Positions 37,600 to 47,300 of a stretch of 64,000 bases of DNA are shown here, piece after piece. The position numbers and the translations under genes are program-made. The notes under the pieces were generated by a model that saw only the letters and a program-made list of their open reading frames with translations, was not told the DNA's origin and searched no databases. The number at the start of each line of letters is the position of its first letter. Position 1 is the first letter of the stretch. The stretch covers positions 2,356,001-2,420,000 of the forward strand of contig JAYWIR010000013.1 of NCBI GenBank assembly GCA_036172245.1. The letters are read 5' to 3'. The stretch is from Raillietiella orientalis (Eukaryota).

Positions 37600-38467
37600 T
37601 GTTGCACCGGTAAATAGTGTCCATAAATTGTATAGGTTTGGCTCAGTCCCTCAAAAAGTTTGTCCGCATAGACATTTTTGAATAATTGATTTTTAACGTA
37701 CCTAACGCAATTTTGACTAAGGCAAGCGTGAAGTACTTCAACTCCACGAATTTCGTTTGAACACAGCCGTTAAAGAGAAACTGAATAAGTGTGTATGTTG
37801 TTCATATGAGTATATTTGTAAACATCCAGAATGCTTTATATGCTGTGACCGAGAAAGAAATTGGACACTTGCTTTAAAGACGTATTATGAAACTGATTAC
37901 CGCCATCCGGAGTAAATTTTTAAACATGATAAAATAGGAATCTAATTACCCACAGTATTTCTGTCGAAATTTGTGGTCATTGATACCGAATATACTTTTA
38001 TTTCCAAATTGTTGTATTATATACATCTGGTTATTCCAATAAATCATATTTTGAAATGTACTTGCATTCAGGTATGATATAGAAAGCACCTTGAAATCTT
38101 GTGTTGCTCCTACATACTGAGCTCCCTATTGTTGATTTATTGTATATTCCTGTGTTTCTGATTAATATGAATCTCAGCCAGTCATGATGTCTTGAAGTTG
38201 CATCTTGAAGAATTTGTTCATGAGATGCAACCACTTTTTGTGTGTGAATGAAGTTCAAAATGTAAACATGGTGTGCAGAGCACTCTGACAGCAATGTTGT
38301 CCATTTATAAAGTTCTATTTTTTATGAAACATGTTATTCATCCATGATCATTTGAGATAATCCATGTTACTTTTTTTGTTTATACATTTATATTTGAGAT
38401 GATTTGCAGACTGTATTTGTGCATGATAATGTTGAAGCAATTAATTTTAGCACTCAGACTTTGTACA

Positions 38468-38678
38468 ATGTCTGAAGCAGAAGATGAATTAACTGTTCCA
38501 CGTGCTGCCATGAATAAGATGATTAAAGAAATCCTACCTAATATAAGAGTTGCCAATGAAGCACGTGAACTGATTTTAAATTGCTGCACAGAGTTTATTC
38601 ATTTACTTTCTTCAGAATCTAATGAAATATGCAATCAACAGCAAAAAAAGACAATCAATGCTGAACATGTGCTAAATG
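38468..38678 (+). CDS. Dr1: Dr1 exon 1 (histone fold)
   Basis: ATG 38468; phase-1 donor G|GTAACT. Confidence 0.95.
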
Positions 38679-41600
38679 GTAACTGTTTTGTTAAAGAAAT
38701 GCTAATATCTTCCACATTTCAGTTATTATTATTTTCTGCCACCATTTCTAATTTCTGGAAAATTTTGAATTTCATGGTTTAATGATCTTCTGATTTCTAG
38801 CTTGCTTTCCCTTATTTTATTTTATTTTCTTTCGTTCAACTGCATTTAAAATTTTTGTACATAATCAAAGAATTAGCATAAGAATGCATTTTTTGGTGTC
38901 TACTCAATTAGTTTTCTTTCCTTTCAAAAAGTATTTATTTTAGTAGTTAATTAATACTGATACTAGTTATATAAAAATAAATCATATTTTGTTAATATTG
39001 GTCTAATCTTATTGCAGATTGAAGATCTGCTGTCTTACATAGTTTTCATTTGTAGTAGCATGAACTTTTGGCAATTACAAACTTTTGCTGCTAAAATCTG
39101 TATAAGTATAATTTGCACTGTGTCATTCTGCTTATCTGTCATTTTGGTATTCAATATAATGTTTCAAATTTTGCAAGAATTTAAGTTTCATGATTAAGAA
39201 CTAGGGTATAAGTGTTGGGGGGCCCCAAATTCCCCAATCGTAATCATATTTTTTGAGATTTTAAACTGGTGGCATAACCGGAGTCACAGTCCAATAGCAG
39301 TTTGTTGGGCTGAGTTGGCTTGGCCTGTCCTGGATCTGTGTCGCATAATCGAAAAGTCAGTGTAATGTAGATCAGATATCTGTAAAATGGTAATGATGGT
39401 TGATGTCAACTTAGCAGTGTGCTTTATGAATACAGGATGTGTGCAAAGTGATGAGCTTGAATTTTTCAGTCACACCTTGTGGTTACAGAAGATGTTTGTA
39501 AAGATGACTTGTTTTTCGTCGTAGCCTTAGAAGAGCAATTAAGTATTTCGTATGCGAATATGGGGTTGTAGAGAATTGCAGAACAAGAGAATCAGAGTTG
39601 CTCAAAACACCAGCACCAAGATGGAAAGAAGTTCGAGGTCACATGTCATTGGAACCAGAATGAATTCCAATCTCGTACGTGGTTTGCAAGAAATTGCAGC
39701 ATCGTTTGAAGGCCCAGTTGCAGTTCGCAGCAGCCTTGGGATTAAGAGTTCCGTGTACTGAACTGCATGCAAACAAGCTGCTGTTTTCGTAAGGCAGATC
39801 AGCCTTCATTTTCCAGTGTTTTCACTTCAAGAATGTGTCACGTGAAGCAGGGAACCACTAGAAGTGAATCTCACGGAGAATCTGCTCTTTGACTAATGTG
39901 GAACACAAATCACTGATGGAAAAGGATAAACGGATCGTGGTCCCTGGCAACCAGGAAACGTTGGAATTCTGATGTTCTTGGTCAAATCGCCATGCTTTTC
40001 CTCGAATTTTGTGAAAGAATCTTTGCAGCATGGATTTTAACGATGCGTCCGTGCGGTTTCGTGAGCAGCCATAAGAAGCTCTTTACTGGCAGCCACCCCC
40101 CAGATGTTAGCAGCGAGGGTCGTGGTGATCCATGAATCGGAGGCAGCCGACTCCTAAAGCTCGTGCTGACGGAGATGGATCTTTATGGGAGGGTTCGGTT
40201 TTGCGTGCAATTCATGTGGAATCCAGGGGTAAACTTGGGACGAGAAACGGGAAGCGTGCAGAACTGTGGACCTGCCGTTCAGCGTTGGAGGAGTTCATCG
40301 CGCGGATCCGATGCTCCCTGTGGAGGAGGAGGTCAGCCGCTGCCCGGATCACCGCACGCGGACCAAAGGACTCTTTCAGGAGGAGAAGCCGTATGCCAGA
40401 GGAGTTGCAGTCCGAAACTTGTAGATCGAAAGCTGGAAGAGTGTCCACCCGAACTCGCCCGAGGCGGAAACTTGGCGGGAGCGCGCGCGCGCGTGCCTGA
40501 TGAACTTTCTGGTGTCTGGAAAATGCATCAGTATCAGATTTTGGGCATCGCCGGATCCGAATTCGATTATTTGGTAGCTTCGGTTACGGGGCGGGACGGC
40601 ACAGGAAAACGCGTTTTGTTGAGTGCAACGTATATGCAAGCGGAAAAAGGGACCCTATCGGTGGTGGTCTCATTTTCGCTGTCCAAGAAAGGGAAATCTT
40701 GTAAGTGGGCGAGAGTCCGCCATCCGGAACGGGGGGGTTGCGTGGGTGGATCACTGTGCAAAGTGATGAGGCGTTGCGACTTTTATCAGTTTTCCCATCG
40801 TTTGGGTCCATGGATTCAGTAGAAGCTTTTCGTGTTTAAGGAGCACGCGTGGCAGTAGGCCTGAAGTACGCGATGATGGCTCTTGCACTCTGGATGCTTC
40901 TCTCGTTTCGTGCCTTTTTACTATTCGACAAGACTTTTTAGCAAAAAAAAAAAAAAAAAATTGCTTCATTCCATTTGGCTGACAAGCATTTGAATAAACG
41001 ATTATTTTCACGCTGTGCAGCTGAAAATGCGAATGACGTGAAAGTCGTTTGTGGTAATGCGAAGCCAGCATCTTCATCAGTTTCTTGGGCATGGCCGCAT
41101 CGACAAGACAATCCCGCGGAGCAGTAGTTGATCCCCAGCCACCGGTCGGTCCAAGCGTTCTTGCTGCTAAAGCTTCCTTGTGAGACGTAGTTGGTGCTAC
41201 TTGGTTTTGTTTATCACATTCCATGTTGGTTTTACTGTTCCCAGCAGTCAGTAAGAGTACTTTTGGAAACGGAACTCTACATGTGATCCCCGCGAACGGC
41301 GTCGGCGTTTCATCGCCTGAATTGGGTGTGTCGTGCGTGTCTGGAGCGAAATTGCCTCGCCATCCGAAGAGGCAGTCTCGTTTGCTGCAAAAGTTCCGTT
41401 CGGGGACGCGGCGACCACCGGACGATCGTTGGAATGATAACGTACGTGCCAGACCGTTCCGTCCTCCGGCGCGTGGAAGCATCTTCTGCAAAAAGGGGAA
41501 ACTCTATCGTAGAGATCGTGGAGTGGGAATAATGATGGTGGCTTTCTGTTTTGTTCTGTCTGTGTCGCATTCTGAGTTCAGTCGCAAGGAAGGAGGGGGC

Positions 41601-42485
41601 TTATTTAGCCGGTACTTGGTAAAATTCCAGCATCGCGTTTCCAAGACGACTGCGTGGGTGCGCCTGGGGAGGGGGAAGGGGAGAAAGGAGGAAGGAAAGG
41701 TAAACAAAGGGAGCGTAAAAAGAAGAAACCACTTTTACTAAGGAAGGAGGTAGCAGTCGGTGGGTCGTTGGAGAAACGCTGCCTCGGAGGATTGCGTAAG
41801 ATTTTTTAATACTCGTGCAGATTTCCTTCTCATTAAGAGCTCGTTTGGTACTTCGTTCTTCCTTAAATGCTTCCGGCCTGTTATCGAGTGTCCTGCTGTT
41901 TCTTTTGCCCGCCCTTTTTTTCGGGGGAAGAGGAAGGAGGAGGAGGAAAAAACTTGCTTTGTTCTGGGGTGGTGGTTGCGTGCACTTTGGAAACTTGTCG
42001 TCCGGTGAGGCTGAATTGCGCGCTCTGCGCATTCCAGCGCCAGCAAGCCCCACTTCCACGCGCCAACCGATTGCAGTGATTCGTGACGAATGATTTCCGT
42101 ATCTCCCCTTTCCCCCCTCAATTCTCTGATTTTAGCGTTGGATAAATTAGGATTCGGCGAATACGTAAGCAAAGCGGAAGAAGTTCTCAAAGATTGCAAG
42201 GAAGTGTTAGCGAAAAAAAAGAAACACAGCAGTAGGTTGGAGAACTTGGGCATCCCCGAGGAAGAATTGCTGCGTCAACAGCAGGAGCTCTTTGCCAAGG
42301 TCCAGACGTGGTGTTTGCATCGCTTCCTAATCCTGTTCTTGCAGGCTAGAGAAGAGCAGCTGGCCGTTGAAGTGCAGCAGTGGCAGCAGCTACAGGCAGA
42401 AGCACAGAGGCTAGTCGATGAGCAGCAAGTTCAGCAAGACGGTAGCTACGATGATGAAGACGAAGATGACGACGATGGCGGTTGA
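38468..42485 (+). CDS. Dr1: Negative cofactor 2 beta / Dr1 (histone-fold TBP regulator), 3 exons, 171 aa
   Basis: join(38468..38678,42136..42299,42345..42485) = 516 nt. Reads DELTVPRAAMNKMIKEILPNIRVANEARELILNCCTEFIHLLSSESNEIC...KKTINAEHVL|ALDKLGF...SSRLENLGIPEEELLRQQQELFAK|AREEQ with an acidic tail. Confidence 0.96.
40980..41490 (-). mobile_element. Possible LINE RT relic in Dr1 intron 1
   Basis: CLFGWRG...DT and LVDAAMPKKLMKMLASHY (compare L...G.P.KL......Y). Confidence 0.3.
42136..42299 (+). CDS. Dr1: Dr1 exon 2
   Basis: Acceptor ctgattttag. Reads ALDKLGFGEY...EEELLRQQQELFAK. Confidence 0.95.
42345..42485 (+). CDS. Dr1: Dr1 exon 3
   Basis: Follows a 45-bp in-frame intron (gtccag...cttgcag). 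Reads AREEQ...DDEDEDDDDGG*. Confidence 0.85.
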   Translation, partial: AREEQLAVEVQQWQQLQAEAQRLVDEQQVQQDGSYDDEDEDDDDGG

Positions 42486-42569
42486 CGGAGTGGTCGAAAC
42501 CGATCGCTCATGATATGAATCTCGATTTTTCGAATGTCAACAATAACAAACATTGTAGTATATATATTC

Positions 42570-42575
42570 TTTATT
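42570..42575 (-). promoter_or_regulatory. Candidate polyA signal of the AJM1-like gene
   Basis: TTTATT on + equals AATAAA on -, about 330 nt downstream of the stop at 42903. Confidence 0.5.
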
Positions 42576-42605
42576 TCTTTAGCAAGTTTGTTATAGCACT
42601 CTATG

Positions 42606-42611
42606 AATAAA
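42606..42611 (+). promoter_or_regulatory. Candidate polyA signal of Dr1
   Basis: AATAAA about 120 nt after the Dr1 stop. Confidence 0.55.
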
Positions 42612-42734
42612 TTAGTAGCAACTATACAATACTGTACTTAACGTGGATCAAAATATAACATAAATCGGAAATGAAAGACGGAGAAATGAATAAGCTTTTT
42701 CGGTTTTCATCTTCTTTTTCCGTTGTTGCTGTTG

Positions 42735-42756
42735 TGGTGGTGGTGGTGGTGGTGGT
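42735..42756. repeat. (GGT/CAC)n trinucleotide microsatellite in the AJM1-like 3'UTR
   Basis: gtggtggtggtggtggtggtt. Confidence 0.85.
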
Positions 42757-42902
42757 TCATCTTTCGATGCACGTTGCCCAAGGCGCTTTTCAAGGTCTTG
42801 ATCGAAGAAGCCGATTTTGCTTTGGGACGGCTACGACCGCCCCCCCTCCCCCTGACGGAGCAGCCTCGTCACCACCAGGTTCTCTCACCGGTGGTGGTGC
42901 TC

Positions 42903-43450
42903 TCAGTGGGACGCCGATTCGGACAGCGCGAGCTCGGAGCACTTGGAGAATCCTTTGCTACTCTTCCACTGTTTCAGTTCCAGGTTGATGTTCAGGATGA
43001 ACTTGGAGGTGGGCTCGTAGGTCTCACACAACGTAAGCAGCTGTTTGTACGTGCTAGCGTCGAGTTTGCGGAAGGTGATGTTTTTCAATCGCACGTAAGC
43101 GAGCGACACCGTGGGATCTGTCAGGTCGTCATGACTGGACGCCAGAAACGACTGGGCGTCGTGATAATCATAGAAACTCAGGTTGATGTAACCTCTTCCT
43201 TCTGTAACATAACCTTTAAGAGCGACCTCGGACATGTTGCGCAGCAGCGTCGCTTTGCCTCTAACATGAGAATAGATGCACTCACATAAAGCAGCTGCGG
43301 CAATGCGATTGTTAAACTGTTCGTTCGTAAGTGCATCGAAAGTCCCACCACTGTTTCCATCGACAACACCCGGATAATGGATTGTCCACTTTTGTTTTAT
43401 TGGACTTGAGTCCGAGAGTGGTTCCGCTGTTTCGAAATGGGAAACTGAGT
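42903..43450 (-). CDS. AJM1-like terminal exon (C-terminal alpha/beta domain)
   Basis: Acceptor ctttttctcttccttcag; open frame to TGA at 42903-42905. Confidence 0.85.
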
Positions 43451-44355
43451 CTGAAGGAAGAGAAAAAGAGATGCAGCTAAGCCACGAGAATCAAGAAACA
43501 GAGGCAAAAACACTTGTCGAGATTACGGGGACCGAACGCTTTCCACCGAACACTGGACCAGAAAAGGACAGCGGTTTTACAGGCGCAAGGCTTTGGGAAG
43601 AACCCACCAGCACGGGACAAGGGTCCCAACAAGGCAAGCCGGGGAATGGACCACGTGGCGAGGTTTCCAAACGAAAAAAAAGCGACCGCTGCAATATGAC
43701 CTTGGTCAGGCCGTTCGGCGCGCGTCCGTCTTTCGGCGAAGAGTTTTCTTTATGCATCGGTGATCCCTACTGCCCGCCATTTTGAAATGCGGAAGGCACC
43801 AGGGCCTCTCAAGGAGGGCCGTTCTCGGTGGTGGCGATCCACTTTGTGCGCGACCCGGGTCGCGTGCTCCCATCGCCGGCGACTTTGGGGATGCAAACCA
43901 ACCTTATGGTCCGTCGCCTCGCTCGGGGATGATGGCAGTTGGCGCGCACGGTGCGCGCGTTTGATGGGCGTGGGCACGTGGAGCGGCAAGCTGCGCGTGG
44001 CCCGTGAACCCCACACGAGAAATCAAATGCAAACCACGCACGTCGTCCCATTCCATTATATTCTTTTACCGCGCCTCTTTCGGAAAACCGACATTTGTTA
44101 CCACTTCTCTGTACCTACTCGTAATCCTCCCCCCCCCCCCCCCATCGACTTCGAGCCTTTTCATTGGTGTCCCCCCACTTTTTCCCCTCTGCCTCCGAAA
44201 TGCTGAAATGAAACGAAAAAATATGGACTTCCTGTGTCTTCCCCGAGATTATTTTGGTTTAGGAAGCCAAGTGCGCGCCGCAGCGTGATTTTTTTTAGGC
44301 CGTTACCGAATCGCTAATTTTAGTTTCCGTCGGCATAATTAGCAGTTGTTACACA

Positions 44356-44395
<40 letters not shown>

Positions 44396-47300
44396 GCACA
44401 CATGTAATGAGAACACGGCGAAGGTTCTCTCGTTCGGCAGTCCAACTGCAAAAACAACAGGCGGTTTGAGGATTGCCGTTCGTTGCGATGCAAATGGAAG
44501 AAAGCGTGAGCGAAAGTGTAAACACGGAAAAGACACACATGGAGGAAGGAGGGAGCGTGCAGCGGTGGTGGTGGGTTGGCAAAGGAAGGGGAGGGGAGGG
44601 GAGTCCGATGCTCTCGATCGCCCTCGGACCCACCCAGCAGCCAAATCGATCTGCCACCGGGAATGCAATGAAAAAAATAAAAAAATAAAAATAGAGCAGC
44701 AGTGGTTCTGGCTTCCTTTATTGATTTCTCAGGTATAAGCCGGAAGACATTAAGGCACGTGTTTTCTTCGGAACCTTTTGGAAACGGAAACCGACCTGCA
44801 GCACGAGAAAAGACTAGCAGCACTGCTTCCACTTTTGTGTAGCTCGATTCAACGAAGGCGTACTTTCCCAGCTCCTCCAAAATGCGAGTCGATAACCGGT
44901 ATCTGGTGCTACTATTAAATCAAAATAAATCTTTCATGTCATAATGAGGGATAAGGATGGATAAAAATAATAGTGAACAGTGGGGGGAGGGGGGGGGGGA
45001 GGAAAAAAAAATAACCATGATAAAAAAGAAAAGTAATAGACAAATAGGCCGTCGTCGTAGACTTCGGTTTGTGTTCTGCCTACGACGAGGTCAGGCGCTA
45101 ATTCAGCTTTCGCTCCGCAATGGTCACACATACGCGCGCGCGCGCGCGCGCGCGAGAACAACGCAAAAGTATGCGGGGAAACGGTTCGACTTCCAAACTT
45201 TTCCGCGCAACTTTCGCGGGAAGACATATTGGAGCTAAACTTTTACACACAAGTTCGGGAAAACTGCAGTTGGTTAAGGAGGATGTGCAAGAAAGCTAAG
45301 CTGGTGGACCGGCTTGGACCACTTAAGCAAGAAGCGATCGACAACGCACGGCTTTTTTGTGCTCCCGAAGAAACAACTTGCACCCAATTTCTTCTAATGG
45401 TGTTTAGGACTTGCAGGACATGTCCTTTGGAGGAAAGCGTCTTCAGGCTTAACGTGCCAAAAGGCAATAGGGAAACAAGGAATTCATCCCGAATAAGTGC
45501 TGCCCGTAAATACAACGAGGGCGTCGCCCACCGCTTTGATGGGGGGACTGCAGGTTGCGCGCGCACTTCGCCATGCCGCCGCTTGCAGCATCCTCGGGAC
45601 CGCGCTCTGCCAGTTTTCTCGCGTCCTCGCAAGCTGCATGAGAAGCTGGACCAGAAGTCGCCCTTCAAGCCCCAAGCGGTGCCACGCCTCAGCCACGGAT
45701 TCCCCCTCCGACGTACGGCTATCCGCAAACGAATACGTCCAATTCCTCTCTGGTTCTGAACGGTGCACACACGACTTTGTACGCTCTGATTACGCAAACA
45801 TGGACAGGGCACGACGGTGCCACGGATTCATTGGACAGAGCACCCACTCGACTGTACACGCATGTATACACATACAGTGGTGGATAAGGTAAGTTGTACA
45901 TAATCATTCGTCATGAAATGAGCAGTGCCTTTGACTTACAATATCAGAAAGCAGCAGCAACACACAAAAAAAAGGAGGGGAAAAATTCTTTTCGATGTTT
46001 GTCTTCGCAGTCTCACGAAAATATCACTATAAATCACTCAAGAAGAAAACATTCGCCTTACATTCCGTTTTGGTTGAAGCATTTTCTTTAGCTTTGTTTT
46101 TTTTTTTTTTTTTGTGTGTGTGTGAGCGTGTGCGTGTTTCCTGGCTGAAGCGGGAGTTTGCCAGTTCTCATCTCAACTTCATATTTGTAGCTCAAGAAAA
46201 ATTCCTTCCAATCCAAGCGCAAGGCCCTACAAATGGTGACGCTGACGGCTCGAAATTTATAACAGCACACGCCACGGACGTGCCTCGGAAAATCGATACG
46301 TGCTCGAGCCGTTCCCAATAAAAGGCAACAGCAAACAAGAGTGAAACCGTACAGAGTCCTGGGCGGCAGGCAGCTTCGAGTTTTCCCTCCGCTTCGGAGG
46401 GGAGAAAGAAAAAACGTTTCAAAAGGCTCACTCCAACCAATCGCCGGACCAATTTTCCATCATTACCCCCACGTCTTTGCACCGCGCGGTCACGTTCCGT
46501 AAGCAGACGATGATTTTGATGAGCTACCGAGGTCCAAGGGGATCGCGATTACATCCAGCATTTCGTTTCGCCAACCATCTGTCAACATCGTTACGGAGGA
46601 GACTCCTCTCGGATGCTGCAGCCGTAATGCATCACCACCTTCGTAGCACTGGAATGATCTCGGAGAAAACTGGGGCCGGGAGCGGTTCTTCGGGGCTGCA
46701 AGCGGACGCAAGACTCGAGCGAGAAACATCGCAAGCAAACATTCTCAAGCATTCTCGCTGAAGCGTCCGCAGTTCTTCAAACATCCTCCTCTACCGGGGA
46801 GACGAGGGCAAGTGTTTTGTTTAATTGCTGCAGCGCGTGTTCCAAAAACACCTGATATTTGCCTGCCCATTTGGAAGCGACATCCACTTGTGCAAACGTA
46901 AACATCGCATATTTTGGAGGCGTCGCTGTGGAAAACGCGGACAACAGCTTCCGAAACCGTTAGCTGTAGTTCCAGCTGGTGCCGATTGAACTCATCCTTA
47001 GGAACGTCAGATTCGCTCAGTCCCGGAGGAATTCATCCACGTCGGGACGCGCTTGCGTGAAGGCGCGCTCTTATTATGGCCTGGGAGACATCGCCACGCA
47101 CTTCCGTGTCTTTTATTACGCAGATTTCAGCGACGGATCGTCGTGTCGCTGAGCTTCGCCATCACTTGCATCTCCGCCCAGCATCCGCCACTCTGAAACC
47201 AGACACGCAGCCATATCCCAAACGGGACCACTTCGCAGGCGCGCTGCATGGACCTCGGCCGTCGGTCCACCAGAAAGGCCATCACCCTATCGCATTTGCT

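Noticed and set aside
38031..38294. 87-aa minus-strand ORF between CDC26 and Dr1
   Set aside because: No recognisable homology or supporting splice structure, and a non-ATG start.
39265..39345. A-box-like TGGCATAACCGG suggesting a tRNA or SINE head
   Set aside because: No B-box and no cloverleaf could be folded.
42700..42870. Coding-looking minus-strand stretch (…KSALGNVHRKMNHHHHHH…) after the AJM1-like stop
   Set aside because: It is in a different frame from the terminal exon, there are stops in the readthrough frame, and no phase-compatible splice was found. The His run is the CAC microsatellite.
42723..43289. 188-aa plus-strand ORF beginning with a poly-Trp run
   Set aside because: Antisense to the AJM1-like last exon. 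The W-run is a (TGG)n microsatellite and the start is a non-ATG codon.
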